A DNA stretch of 51,070 nt, taken from assembly GCA_043819795.1 (NCBI GenBank), contig JBDREN010000103.1:1-51070 (forward strand), in the 5' to 3' direction. Below are positions 26,966-36,768 of the stretch, piece by piece. The notes below the pieces were generated by a model. It searched no databases, was not told the DNA's origin, and worked only from the letters and a program-made list of their open reading frames with translations. How positions within the stretch are numbered: the stretch's first letter is position 1; each line of letters begins with the position of its first letter. The stretch comes from Elusimicrobiota bacterium. Lineage in GTDB: Bacteria > Elusimicrobiota > Elusimicrobia > UBA1565. Both the position numbers and the translations under genes were made by a program.

Positions 26966-27946
26966 TCACGCCCATGTCCGCTTGTTCTGGCGGTACCACT
27001 CCACGGTCCTTCGGAGTCCTTCGCGCAGCGGCACCTCCGGCCGAAAGCCGAGGACTTCCTCCGCCTTGCGGGTGTCGCATTGCCGGCGGGGCTGGCCGGT
27101 CGGGGCCGAGGTGTCGAAGACGATCTCGGGTTCGGCTCCAGCCGCCTCGCAGATGAGCTTCACCAGGTCCCGGATGCGGATGCTTTCGGCGCTGCCGAGG
27201 TTGATCGGATCCGCCTCCGCGTGGCGCTCGGCCACCGCCAGGAGGCCGCGGACGAGATCGGTGACGTACAGGAACGTCAGGCTTTGGCTCCCGTCCCCCC
27301 AGACTCGAAGGGGGGCCTCGCCTTCGACGACCCGGCGGATCAGGGCCGGGATGACGTGCGATCGCTTCGGGTCGAAATTGCACCGGGGTCCGTAGGCGTT
27401 CTGGGGGCGGGCGATACCGACGCGCATCCCGTATTCCTTCCGGTAGGCGGCCCCGAGGAACTCCGCCATGCGTTTGGCCCATCCGTACCCCTCGGTGGTC
27501 GGCTCCGGGACGCCCGCGAATCCCTCATCCTCCGGGGTCGGCTGACTGCAGCGGCGCGGGTAGACGGACGCCGAGCTGGTGACGAGGAAGCGCTCGGCGC
27601 CCTCCAGCCGGGCGGCCTCGAGGACGTTCATGAAGAGCCGGAGGTTGTCCCGGAAGATCGACGCGGGGCGGGCGATGTTGTAGTGGATGCCCCCGACGAC
27701 GGCGGCGAGGTCCATCACGACCTCCTGGCCGCGGGCCGCCTTGCGGCAGAAGCCGGGGTCCAAGAGGTCGCCGGAAAGGAGCTCCACCGAGGGCCGGAGC
27801 TCTCGGGGGAGGGAAAGGTCCTTCCCGGGCTCTTGCGGCACCCGCACCCGCGCTCCCCGATGGACCAGGAGCTCCACGAGGTGGCCGCCGATGAACCCGG
27901 CGCCCCCGGTGACCAGGACCTTCTTGCCGTCCCAGAACCCCGTCAC
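26966..27946 (-). CDS. GDP-fucose-synthase-like (Fcl/ColC) nucleotide-sugar reductase
   Basis: 'VTGGAGFIG', 'LAAVVGGI..N', 'SSASVYP' (Cys replaced by Ser), 'YGWAK', 'NAYGP..NF...[10 protein letters not shown]', 'VWGDG'. GTGA overlap with the gmd stop. Confidence 0.8.
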   Translation of the reverse strand: MTGFWDGKKVLVTGGAGFIGGHLVELLVHRGARVRVPQEPGKDLSLPRELRPSVELLSGDLLDPGFCRKAARGQEVVMDLAAVVGGIHYNIARPASIFRDNLRLFMNVLEAARLEGAERFLVTSSASVYPRRCSQPTPEDEGFAGVPEPTTEGYGWAKRMAEFLGAAYRKEYGMRVGIARPQNAYGPRCNFDPKRSHVIPALIRRVVEGEAPLRVWGDGSQSLTFLYVTDLVRGLLAVAERHAEADPINLGSAESIRIRDLVKLICEAAGAEPEIVFDTSAPTGQPRRQCDTRKAEEVLGFRPEVPLREGLRRTVEWYRQNKRTWA

Positions 27947-28938
27947 GCTTCGGCGAGACTGGCCGCCCTCATCTCCGCGTCCACCATGATCCGGACCAAT
28001 TCTTTGAACTTGACCTTTGGCTTCCACTTGAGGACGCGCCGGGCCTTCGAGAAGTCCCCCCGCAGGTGGGCTACCTCGGTCGGGCGGAAATAGCGCGGGT
28101 CGATCTCGACGTGCTTCTTCCAGTCCAGGCCCGCGTGCGCGAACGCCAGCTCGACGAACTCCCGCACCGTATGGCTCTCCGCGGTGGCGATGACGTAATC
28201 GCCCGGCTTGTCCTGCTGCAGCATCAGCCACATGGCTTCGACGTATTCGGGGGCGAAACCCCAGTCCCGGCGGGCCTCGAGGTTCCCGAGGTGGAGCTTC
28301 TTCTCGACCCCCGCCTTGATGCGGGCCACTCCCCGGGCGATCTTGCGGGACACGAAGTTCTCTCCGCGCCTGGGGGACTCGTGGTTGAACAGGATGCCGT
28401 TGCAGGCGAACAAGCCGTAGGCCTCGCGGTAGTTCACGGTGAGGTGGTAGGCGTACACCTTAGCGCAGGCATACGGGCTGGCGGGACAAAACCGCGTCGT
28501 CTCCTTCTGGGGCACCTCCTTGGCGTTGCCGAACATCTCGCTGGAGGAGGCCTGGTAGAACCGCGCCTTCATCCGCGTATCCTTCAGCGCGTCCAGGAGC
28601 CGGAGGCACCCCAGGCCCGTCACGTCGCCCGTGTACTCGGGCACCTCGAAGCTCACGCGGACGTGGCTCTGCGCCCCCAGGTGGTATATCTCGTCCGGCC
28701 GTACCTTCTCCAGGATGCGGTTCAGGCTGCTGCCGTCGGTGAGGTCCCCGTAGTGCAGGTTGAACCTCCGGCGGGGATGGCGCGGCGCCGCGAAGAGATG
28801 GTCTATGCGTCCGCGGTTCATGGAGCTCGATCGCCGGACGATGCCGTGGACCGAGTAGCCTTTCCCCAGCAGCAGCTCGGCCAAGTAGGACCCGTCCTGG
28901 CCGGTGATTCCCGTGATCAAGGCTTTCTTGCGCCTCAT
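27943..28938 (-). CDS. gmd: GDP-mannose 4,6-dehydratase
   Basis: '[16 protein letters not shown]', 'AQSHVRVSF', '[10 protein letters not shown]', 'SPYACAK', '[13 protein letters not shown]', 'RDWG', 'FRPTEV'. Confidence 0.95.
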   Translation of the reverse strand: MRRKKALITGITGQDGSYLAELLLGKGYSVHGIVRRSSSMNRGRIDHLFAAPRHPRRRFNLHYGDLTDGSSLNRILEKVRPDEIYHLGAQSHVRVSFEVPEYTGDVTGLGCLRLLDALKDTRMKARFYQASSSEMFGNAKEVPQKETTRFCPASPYACAKVYAYHLTVNYREAYGLFACNGILFNHESPRRGENFVSRKIARGVARIKAGVEKKLHLGNLEARRDWGFAPEYVEAMWLMLQQDKPGDYVIATAESHTVREFVELAFAHAGLDWKKHVEIDPRYFRPTEVAHLRGDFSKARRVLKWKPKVKFKELVRIMVDAEMRAASLAEA

Positions 28939-30161
28939 GATCGCCTCCGAAAGCGTCTGAAGAATGTGTCGAAGCTGTCGATGACGTGATCGAGCTCCGC
29001 CCGCCCGAGGCCCGGGTGGCACCCTATGTAGAACCCGCCGCGATTGATCCTCCGGGCCACCGGGTAGCGCTTCTCAAGATCGCCGAACATCCGCACGTAG
29101 TACGGCTGGTTGATGAGGGGCAGCATGTCCCGCGTCTCGACGCCCCGCTTTTCGAGGAACAGCGTGAGCCGGGCCTTCGAGACGCGCGCCGACAGGACGA
29201 TCGGGAACATCATGAAGGAGTGGTCCACCCCGTCCGGCCACCAGGGCAGCTGGAGGAACTCCTCGTAGGGACGCAGCCTCCGGAGCAGGTAGGCGGCGTT
29301 GCGGCGCCGCTTCTTGAGCATCGCGTCCCGCTCCTCGAGCTGCGCCAGGCCGAGGGCTCCCTCCATCTCCGTGAGGCGGTAGCTGAAGCCCATGCGGACG
29401 AAACGGAACCGTCTGGCCACGACTTCCCGGAGCCGGCTCCTCGCCGCGTCGTCGTCGATAGAGAGATAGATCGAGTCGCGGCCGTGGTTCACCAGGGAAC
29501 GGAGCGCGACCGCCAGGGGGGGCGAGCTCGTGACGGCGAGCCCGCCCACGCCGGTCACCAGCAGGTGGGCCGCGTAGGTGGAAAAGCAGCCGACGTGCCC
29601 GAAAGAGCCCACGGACCGCCCGTGGTACCGGGCGAACATGGTCTCGCAGGAGTCCTCCACGACCTTCAGGTTGTGCCGCCGGGCGATCCGCATCAGGGGG
29701 CCCATGTCCGCGGGCTGGCCGAAGAGGTGCGCTGGGATCATGAGGCGGGTCCGCCGGGTGATGTGCCGCTCCACCTGGCCGGGGTCCATGTTGTAGGTCC
29801 GCGGATGGACGTCGACGAAGACCGGCTTGAGCCCCTGGAGCACCGCCATGTTGGCCGTGGCCACGAACGTGACCGCCGGAACGAGCGCCTCGTCGCCGGG
29901 CTTCCAGCGTCCCCGGGCCTGAAGGGCCGCGATCGCCACGTGCAGTGCGCTGGTGCCCGAGTTGCAGGTGACGGCCCAGCGGGTCCCGTGGAGCGAGGCG
30001 AATCCATTCTCGAACCGCCGGAGGAAGGGGCCGTACGAGAGCCTCTCGTCCGCGAGCACCTTGCGGACATACCTGCGGGCGCGCGGAGAGATGCGCACCC
30101 AGCCCACGGGGACCTTCGGGGGCGATCGGCGAAGCCGGGCGTGAGGTGATCGGGCGGGCAT
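28935..30161 (-). CDS. DegT/DnrJ-family PLP enzyme with His at the catalytic-Lys position (ColD-type C3-dehydratase)
   Basis: 'NSGTSALH', 'PAVTFVAT', 'EDSCET', '[16 protein letters not shown]'. Start 30161 is preferred because the ATG at 30188 lies within a -10 box. Confidence 0.8.
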   Translation of the reverse strand: MPARSPHARLRRSPPKVPVGWVRISPRARRYVRKVLADERLSYGPFLRRFENGFASLHGTRWAVTCNSGTSALHVAIAALQARGRWKPGDEALVPAVTFVATANMAVLQGLKPVFVDVHPRTYNMDPGQVERHITRRTRLMIPAHLFGQPADMGPLMRIARRHNLKVVEDSCETMFARYHGRSVGSFGHVGCFSTYAAHLLVTGVGGLAVTSSPPLAVALRSLVNHGRDSIYLSIDDDAARSRLREVVARRFRFVRMGFSYRLTEMEGALGLAQLEERDAMLKKRRRNAAYLLRRLRPYEEFLQLPWWPDGVDHSFMMFPIVLSARVSKARLTLFLEKRGVETRDMLPLINQPYYVRMFGDLEKRYPVARRINRGGFYIGCHPGLGRAELDHVIDSFDTFFRRFRRRS

Positions 30162-30186
30162 CGGAGGTGGCGATTGAACCCGGGTC

Positions 30187-30195
30187 ATTATATCA
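30187..30195 (-). promoter_or_regulatory. Extended -10 element (TGATATAAT)
   Basis: Perfect TGnTATAAT just downstream of the GT2 stop (30205) and upstream of the DegT-family gene. Confidence 0.6.
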
Positions 30196-30204
30196 AAGCC
30201 GACT

Positions 30205-30930
30205 CTAGCGGCGGGCTCCGGCCACGCGGAACTTCAGCGTATAGTAGACGAGCTTCGCCAGGAACTTGGGCGCCTCCACCGCGAGGTTGAGCTTGGACTC
30301 GCCGTGGAGGCGGTCCGCGAACGCGACCGGGACCTCGGCGATCTTGTAGCCGCAGTGGTTCACCTTAAGGATCATCTCGAGCAGGAGCGAGTTGGTGTTC
30401 TCCTGGGTCTGGATGTCGCGCCACACGCCGCGGCGGATCGCGCGGAAGTTGGCCGAGAAGTCGTGGATATGCAGGCCGGTCATCCAGCCCACGACGAGGT
30501 TCCCGAGGCGGCTAATCAGGTACTTGAGCTTGACCTTCCACGTGGGGGTCTCGTACTCGCCGCCCTTGGTGTGGCGGCAGCCGAGGACCAGGTCATATCC
30601 GGCTTCGATCCGCTCGATGAGCAGGGTTATATCTCGCGTGGAGAAGGAAAGATCGGCGTCCATCGAGACGAGAACGTCGCAGCGGGCCCGGTCGTAGCCG
30701 TAACGCAGGGCGGCGCCGATCCCCTCCCGCCTCTCTTTGGTGACCAGGCTCAGGCCCGGGATGTCCTTCGCGAGGGCCTCGACGGCCTCCCCCGTTCCGT
30801 CCGGAGAACGGTCGTCCACGACGAGTATCTCGTGCTCGCGGCCGGCCAGCGCCTCGTGGATCTGGCGCGCGAGGATGACGATGTTCTCGCGCTCGTTGTA
30901 GGTGGGCACCACCGCGGAAACGCTGAGCAT
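30205..30930 (-). CDS. GT2 polyprenol-monophosphomannose-synthase (DPM1/Ppm1)-like glycosyltransferase
   Basis: 'VVPTYNERENI', 'VDDRSPDGT', 'MDADLS', 'EVPVAFADRLHGESKL'. Confidence 0.9.
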   Translation of the reverse strand: MLSVSAVVPTYNERENIVILARQIHEALAGREHEILVVDDRSPDGTGEAVEALAKDIPGLSLVTKERREGIGAALRYGYDRARCDVLVSMDADLSFSTRDITLLIERIEAGYDLVLGCRHTKGGEYETPTWKVKLKYLISRLGNLVVGWMTGLHIHDFSANFRAIRRGVWRDIQTQENTNSLLLEMILKVNHCGYKIAEVPVAFADRLHGESKLNLAVEAPKFLAKLVYYTLKFRVAGARR

Positions 30931-30938
30931 ATCGGTTG

Positions 30939-30952
30939 ATTTTACAGTAAAA
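30939..30952. promoter_or_regulatory. Divergent promoter region: -10 TAAAAT (minus strand) within the palindrome TTTTACAGTAAAA
   Basis: AT-rich 70-bp gap. Minus-strand TAAAAT lies 8 nt before the ATG at 30930. Inverted repeat at 30940-30952. Confidence 0.5.
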
Positions 30953-31000
30953 ACCTGCTAAAAGAAATCTCAAATCTTTGTCTCCAGAAGCCACCATGTC

Positions 31001-32740
31001 ATGAAAGAGCGTCCGCTGGCCGAAGCGGCCCTGGCGTTGCTGGCGCTCGGGATCGGCCTGTGCGGGATCGGATGGGGCCTCCCGTCGCCTGAGCGGCTGC
31101 GCCATCTGTTGCCCGCCGATCGGATCGGCGACCCCGAGCTTCACCGCCGCATGGCCGAGGGCCGGGGGGAGCTCTATCAGCGCCTCGAGCGGGGAGACCG
31201 CATCCCGGCCGACCTCATCACCGAGGCCGTCGTGATCCCGCGCGGATGGAGGCTCCCGCCCGACCGGCTGTTGAGCTCCTACCGGTCCTATTACCTGCGT
31301 TCGGCCTACGCGGACGAGCAGAAGACCCTGACCTTCCTCAGCCGCATGAGGCCCCGCGAGCTGGACTTCGAGCCCTTCGGCGTCGATTACGGGTGCGCTT
31401 ATCTCTACCCGATCGGGGCGTACTACGCGGCGCTGGCGGCCGTGCGGGCGCTGCGCGTCACTTCCGACGTCACCGTGTATTTTAGGGATGTGCGCCGCAT
31501 GGCGCGCATCTTCATGGCGGGGCGGCTGTTCAATGTGCTCTGCTTTATGGGCTGCGTGGTCCTGCTCTGCGCCTTGGGCAGGTCCGTCGGCGGCCGTCCC
31601 GTGGGCCTGGCGGCGGCGTCCTTTTTCCTCCTGAGCCCGGTGGTGTGCTCCATGCAGCATCTTCTCAACCCGTACGGGTGGGCCGCGCTCTGGTTTCTTG
31701 TCGCATGTTGGCGGCTCCAGCCGTATCTCGAGCACGGGACGCGCCGGGACCTGCTCGTCGCCGGGGCGGCCGTGGGGCTGTCCGTCGGTTCGGCGTTCGC
31801 GTACTGGCCGGCCGCGCTGCTGTTGACGGCGCCGCTGTTCCGGACGTCCTCCTCGGGCAGGGGCTGGGGGCAAGCGCTGCTTGAAACGGCCGAGGCGGCC
31901 GCGGCCGCGGGTGTCGTGTTCATGGCGACCAATCCCTACCTCTTTCTTCGCTTCGAGAAGCACGTCACCCAGCTGGTCTGGATCCTTCACAACGACCCCT
32001 TCACATTCTCGTTGGCCGGGCTCCGGGCCTTCTTGTCGGAGTATCTCGTACTGAACTGGGGCCACGCGCTGACGCCGGCGGCGCTCTTTGGCGTCGCCTG
32101 GCTGCTGTGGCGCGGCGAAGAGAGGTCCGACCGCCTGTTTGCGGCGGTCTTCCTCTTCGGGCTGTTGCACCTCGCCGGGCGGGAGAAGGTGGACTTCGCC
32201 CGCGGGCGGTACTTCCTGCCGTTCTTCGCCTTGGGCGCGCTGTTCGCCGCGCGGGTGTTATGGGGGCCGCTGGCGCGCCGCTCGCGCGGGGCGGCTTGGG
32301 CCCTGACGGCGCTCGTGCTGTTGAGCTCGGGGACCATCAGCGCCTCTTACCTCCATAATTTTGCCCGGGAGGCGCGGGGCCGGAGCACGCAGCTCAGGGC
32401 GTCCCGGTGGATCGCCGAGAATATTCCTCCGGGGAGCACGGTCGGGTTGGTGGCGCCGCCGCAGTACTCGGATACGCCGCCGTTGCGGTTCGACCAATAC
32501 GACATCGTCCTGTTCGCCGAGGAGCGCCACTTGAAGGGCCGCTCGCTGCCCGAGTTCGTCGTCGCCAGCGCGCCCCGGGCCCGCGAGCGGCTCGCGGATT
32601 TCCTCGAACGGTACTACGAGAAGGCCGCTGCCTTCGAGCCGGAGCGCCTCCTTTCGTGGGTGCCCGTCCACGGCAAGTACACCATGGCGAACATCGAGAT
32701 CACGGTGTTTCAAATCCGCAAAGAGGTGAACGATCCATGA
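31001..32740 (+). CDS. GT-C (PMT/ArnT-like) membrane glycosyltransferase
   Basis: 'GIGWGLP', acidic loop 'AYADEQ', many TMs, 'RGRYFLPF', 'ASRWIAENIPPGSTV'. Confidence 0.7.
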   Translation: MKERPLAEAALALLALGIGLCGIGWGLPSPERLRHLLPADRIGDPELHRRMAEGRGELYQRLERGDRIPADLITEAVVIPRGWRLPPDRLLSSYRSYYLRSAYADEQKTLTFLSRMRPRELDFEPFGVDYGCAYLYPIGAYYAALAAVRALRVTSDVTVYFRDVRRMARIFMAGRLFNVLCFMGCVVLLCALGRSVGGRPVGLAAASFFLLSPVVCSMQHLLNPYGWAALWFLVACWRLQPYLEHGTRRDLLVAGAAVGLSVGSAFAYWPAALLLTAPLFRTSSSGRGWGQALLETAEAAAAAGVVFMATNPYLFLRFEKHVTQLVWILHNDPFTFSLAGLRAFLSEYLVLNWGHALTPAALFGVAWLLWRGEERSDRLFAAVFLFGLLHLAGREKVDFARGRYFLPFFALGALFAARVLWGPLARRSRGAAWALTALVLLSSGTISASYLHNFAREARGRSTQLRASRWIAENIPPGSTVGLVAPPQYSDTPPLRFDQYDIVLFAEERHLKGRSLPEFVVASAPRARERLADFLERYYEKAAAFEPERLLSWVPVHGKYTMANIEITVFQIRKEVNDP

Positions 32741-33756
32741 AGAAGAAAGTCCTCATCACCGGCGGCGCCGGCTTCATCGGCGTCAACGCCGCCTACCACT
32801 ACCTCCGGAAGGGCTGGTCGGTATCGGTGTTCGACAACCTCTCCCGCCGCGGCACGCGGGACAACCTGGCCTGGCTGCGCCGCCAGGGGGACGTCGATTT
32901 CCGTCTCGGCGACCTGCGCAGCCTCGCGGCCGTCGAGCGCTGGGTCCGGAGCAACTCCCGCGGCCTGAGCATGGTCCTCCACCTGGCCGCGCAGGTCGCG
33001 GTGACGACCTCGGTCGAGGACCCGCTGAGCGATTTCGACATCAACGCGCTCGGCAGCGTCCACGTCCTCGAGGCCCTGCGCCGCCTGCGCAAGCGTCCGT
33101 TCGTGCTCTATGCATCCACGAACAAGGTCTACGGCGGCATGGAGGGCGTTCGCGTGAGGCTCTCGGGCGGGCGCTACGGGTACGTCGGCCGGCCGAACGG
33201 GATCCCGGAGGGCGAGCCGCTCGACTTCCACTCCCCGTACGGCTGCTCGAAGGGGGCCGCCGACCAGTACTTCCGCGACTATCGCCGCATCTACGGGATG
33301 CCCACCGCGGTCTTCCGGCAGTCGTGCATCTACGGGCCGCACCAGCACGGCAACGAGGACCAGGGGTGGGTCGCCCACTTCATGAAGGCGGCCCAGGCCG
33401 GGAAGGGGATCACGCTCTACGGCGATGGCCTCCAGGTACGCGACGTGCTCTTCGTAGAGGATCTCGTCGAGGCCTTCGACGTCGCTTACCGGCGGCGGGG
33501 CCGCTCGGCCGGAAGGGTCTACAACATCGGAGGCGGCCCGGCGAACACCCTGTCGCTCTTGGAGCTGCTCGACTGGATCGCGCGCAAGCGGGGCCGCCGC
33601 GTCCCGGTCAAGCGCCGCGGATGGCGCCCCGGCGACCAGCGCGTCTACGTCTCCGACGTCCGCAAGGCCCGTCGGGAGCTGGGCTGGAAGCCGCGCACGT
33701 CGGTCCGCCGCGGCCTCGACCGCCTCTGGCGCTGGCTCGAGTCGGAGTCCGCGTGA
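32737..33756 (+). CDS. CDP-paratose 2-epimerase (RfbE/Tyv)-like SDR
   Basis: 'DNLSRRGTRDNLAWL', 'HLAAQVAVTTS', 'STNKVYG', 'LDFHSPYGCSKGAADQY', 'EDQGWVAHF', 'RPGDQRVYVSD'. ATGA overlap. Confidence 0.85.
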   Translation: MKKKVLITGGAGFIGVNAAYHYLRKGWSVSVFDNLSRRGTRDNLAWLRRQGDVDFRLGDLRSLAAVERWVRSNSRGLSMVLHLAAQVAVTTSVEDPLSDFDINALGSVHVLEALRRLRKRPFVLYASTNKVYGGMEGVRVRLSGGRYGYVGRPNGIPEGEPLDFHSPYGCSKGAADQYFRDYRRIYGMPTAVFRQSCIYGPHQHGNEDQGWVAHFMKAAQAGKGITLYGDGLQVRDVLFVEDLVEAFDVAYRRRGRSAGRVYNIGGGPANTLSLLELLDWIARKRGRRVPVKRRGWRPGDQRVYVSDVRKARRELGWKPRTSVRRGLDRLWRWLESESA

Positions 33757-34730
33757 GCGAAGCCGGCGGCGACCCCGGTCCCTGCCCGGCCTGCGGCTCC
33801 AAAGCCGGCGGGACGGACTTTCGCGCCAAGGGCCTCCCGGAGGGCGGCCCGCCGTTTGGCGTCGTCCGGTGCGGGGCGTGCGGGCTCGGCTGGACCGTTC
33901 CCGCGCCCTCCGAGGATGAGATCGGGAAGTGGTATCCCCCGGCGTACTACGGGGAGGAGAACGTCAGGTTCCACTGGGCGCTCGAGGTGCTCGTGCGCCT
34001 GTTCCGTTACCGGCGGGCGCGCGTGATCCGCAGGCGCGTGCCCGCGGGCCGGGTCCTGGACGTGGGCTGCGGCCGCGGCATCATCCTCGGCTATCTGAAG
34101 TCGTTCGGATACGAGCCTTCAGGCGTCGAGATCTCCGAGCACGCGGCCTGGCATGCGCGCCGCCGCATGGGGCTCGATGTGCATGTCGGCGATTTTAGGA
34201 CCGCTCCCCACTCTCCGGAGTCCTTCGACGTGGTCATCTTCTGGCATTCCCTGGAGCATTTCCGGCGGCCGTTCGAGGCGCTGCGCCGGGCGGGCGAACT
34301 CCTCAAAAAGGGCGGGCTTCTCGTGGTCGCGGTCCCCAACAGCGAGAGCCTGCAGGCGCGCTTGACGGGCGCCGATTGGTTCCATCTGGACGTCCCGCGC
34401 CACCACTACCACTTCGGGCTCGGCTCGCTCGCCGCGGAGCTGGAGCGCCGCGGCTTCAGCGTCGTGCAGGCGGACCATTTCTCCCTGGAGCAGAACCCCT
34501 ACGGGTGGCTGCAGAGCTTCTACAACGCCCTCGGCTTCGAGTTCGACTTCCTTTATTCCTGGCTTAAGAACCGCAGCTCCCGCGTCGTTCCGATCCTGCG
34601 CCATCCCTTCCAGGCGCTCGGGATATTCCTTCTCCTGCCGCTGCTCCTGCCGCTGTCGCTGGCCCTTACCTTGCTGGAGGCCGCCGTCCGCAGGGGCGGC
34701 ACGGTGGAGGTGTACGCCCTCAAACGATGA
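33753..34730 (+). CDS. Class I SAM methyltransferase with an N-terminal CxxC...CxxC Zn-ribbon
   Basis: 'CPACG...RCGACGLG', 'VLDVGCGRG', 'FWHSLEH', 'VAVPN', 'LDVPRH'. GTGA overlap. Confidence 0.85.
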   Translation: MSEAGGDPGPCPACGSKAGGTDFRAKGLPEGGPPFGVVRCGACGLGWTVPAPSEDEIGKWYPPAYYGEENVRFHWALEVLVRLFRYRRARVIRRRVPAGRVLDVGCGRGIILGYLKSFGYEPSGVEISEHAAWHARRRMGLDVHVGDFRTAPHSPESFDVVIFWHSLEHFRRPFEALRRAGELLKKGGLLVVAVPNSESLQARLTGADWFHLDVPRHHYHFGLGSLAAELERRGFSVVQADHFSLEQNPYGWLQSFYNALGFEFDFLYSWLKNRSSRVVPILRHPFQALGIFLLLPLLLPLSLALTLLEAAVRRGGTVEVYALKR

Positions 34731-36013
34731 GCCGCGAGACGTCCGCCATGTTCGGCCCGGACCCGGTCGCGCCGCTGGATCCCCGCGGCAGAAGGCTCCG
34801 CTTGGGCCTGCTCGCCGCGCTTCTCGCCGCGGCGCTCCTGGCGCGCGTGGGATACGGCCTCTACGCGCACGGGAAGGGGGCCTGGCGGGAGAACATCGAC
34901 GAGTACGCGCCCCTCGCCCTCCATCTGGCGACGGAGGGGAGATACGTCGTCAACGATCCGGACGTGCCCTCGATCGAGCGGGAGCCGGGCTTCCCGATCG
35001 TCCTGGCTTTCGGATACGCCCTGGCGGGCCCGGGGTTCGCGACGACCCTGGCGGTGCTGTGCCTGTTCAACCTCGGGACGATCGTCCTGGTCTGGGCTAT
35101 CGCGTGGACGAACCTGGGCCGGCGGGCGGCGTGGGCGGCCGCGGTCCTGGCCGCGTTCTATCCCTATTACGTCTACTACAGCGTCCATCCCTACCGGGAG
35201 GCCGTTTTCGGTTTCTTCTGCGTGCTATGCGTCTGGCTCTGGCTGCGGTGGCTGAGAGCGCCCACGGCGTGGGGGCTGGCGTGGGCCGGGCTGGCCAACG
35301 GGTGGACCTGCCTGGTCAGCTTCACCCATTTCCCGTTCGCCGTGCTCAGCGCCTTGGCGGCGGTCGGGCTGCTCCGGCAGGAGAGACGATGGGCGCGCCT
35401 GGCGCTCTATTTCGCCTGCTTCGCCGCGGCCTACGGGCCGTGGCCCGCGCGCACCTACATCTATTATCGGGAAGTAATCCTTTCCACGCCGTACGCCCCG
35501 TTCAACCTGTACGTTTCGATGCTGATTCCTCCGGAGCTCAAGGGCCTCCCGGCGGAAGGGGAGATCGCCGCCAAGGACGCGGTCCTCGCCCGCTTCGATA
35601 AGCTCCGCCATCGTCATCCCGAGGAGGCGTATCGCCTGATGGTGCGCGAGGGGCTCAAGCAGGTCCGCGAGCGGCCGGGCGTGTATGCGAAGCGCGTGCT
35701 CAAGCACTTCATCAAGCTCTGGCGCCTCTACCCGTATCCCAGGGAGTACGGCCATTCCTACCGGTACCTCAAGTGGGTGAGCCTCCTGAGCGAAGGGTTC
35801 CTGATCCCGATGGGCCTGGCGGGACTCTGGCTCTGCCGGGCCAACAAGGAGATGTTCACGCTGGTCGCCATTCACATCTTCTCGCTCACCTTGATCCACA
35901 GCCTGTCTTTCGCGGTCATACGCCATCGCCTGCCCCTGATGGCGTGGATGATCCTCTTCACGGGCTGCCTCCTCGGCGCGGCCGCCGGCCGACTGACGCG
36001 GGCGAAGGGCTGA
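34727..36013 (+). CDS. GT-C (ArnT/PMT-like) membrane glycosyltransferase
   Basis: 'NIDEYA', 'REPGFP', 'AFYPYYVYYS', 'KLWRLYP', 'RHRLPL'. Confidence 0.75.
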   Translation: MSRETSAMFGPDPVAPLDPRGRRLRLGLLAALLAAALLARVGYGLYAHGKGAWRENIDEYAPLALHLATEGRYVVNDPDVPSIEREPGFPIVLAFGYALAGPGFATTLAVLCLFNLGTIVLVWAIAWTNLGRRAAWAAAVLAAFYPYYVYYSVHPYREAVFGFFCVLCVWLWLRWLRAPTAWGLAWAGLANGWTCLVSFTHFPFAVLSALAAVGLLRQERRWARLALYFACFAAAYGPWPARTYIYYREVILSTPYAPFNLYVSMLIPPELKGLPAEGEIAAKDAVLARFDKLRHRHPEEAYRLMVREGLKQVRERPGVYAKRVLKHFIKLWRLYPYPREYGHSYRYLKWVSLLSEGFLIPMGLAGLWLCRANKEMFTLVAIHIFSLTLIHSLSFAVIRHRLPLMAWMILFTGCLLGAAAGRLTRAKG

Positions 36014-36077
36014 CCGCAACTCCGAAGTGGTCGACGGATTTGTCCTGGGGTACTGAACCCGCCGCCTTACTGACGGC

Positions 36078-36761
36078 TTACCGGTATTTTTGGGGCTTGT
36101 CGATGATCGCGACGAGGTTCGAGGTGAATCCGAACAGCCGCACCTTTTCGATCTTGAAGGAGACGCCCGGGAAGGCGCCCAGGAGGTCCTCCAAGTCCTT
36201 GCGCGATAAGAGCCGCAGGTTGCGGCTATTATAGAACTTGCTCAGGACCTTCTTATCCAGGAGGGAGTAGAACAGGCGCGGCGCGAGCACGTGCAGGAGC
36301 GGGATGAACGTGTGCGTCTCGACCGGGAAAAACCTGCTGGGAGTGGTCAAGAACACGCTCTTGGCGACCCGGATGAGCTCCGAGACGAAGAACCTCCGCG
36401 CTTCCGGCTCCACGACATGCTCGATCACGGCGTGGCAGAACGCCACGTCGAAGGCGTCGTCGCCGAAGGGGAGGGGGGCGCCGGGCTCGATCCTCTTGAA
36501 GACCAGGCCCGGGTACTCCTTCTCGAGGAAGGCGGCGTCCTCGGTCCCGGCGGCCGTGATCCGGTCCTTGTGGGGGAAGAGCTTCTCGAAGAAGTTGGCC
36601 TCGATGGACTCGCGCTCCGAGGTGACCCCCGCGTCGAGCACCTTCACGGCGTCCGCGAAGCGGGCGGAGAACAGCTCGTAAACCTTCGTGCGCACCCGCA
36701 GGGAAAGGCCGGGGATCAGGGGATTCTTGCGCGCGTCGTAGTAGCCGGAGGTCCCGGGCAT
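36078..36761 (-). CDS. Class I SAM methyltransferase (Methyltransf_11-like)
   Basis: 'VLDAGVTS', 'LPFGDDAFDVAFCHAVIEHV', 'TTPSRFFPVETHT'. Confidence 0.85.
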   Translation of the reverse strand: MPGTSGYYDARKNPLIPGLSLRVRTKVYELFSARFADAVKVLDAGVTSERESIEANFFEKLFPHKDRITAAGTEDAAFLEKEYPGLVFKRIEPGAPLPFGDDAFDVAFCHAVIEHVVEPEARRFFVSELIRVAKSVFLTTPSRFFPVETHTFIPLLHVLAPRLFYSLLDKKVLSKFYNSRNLRLLSRKDLEDLLGAFPGVSFKIEKVRLFGFTSNLVAIIDKPQKYR

Positions 36762-36768
36762 GGGCTCC

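Noticed and set aside
28935..30161. Perosamine synthase (gmd + per)
   Set aside because: The catalytic Lys position holds His.
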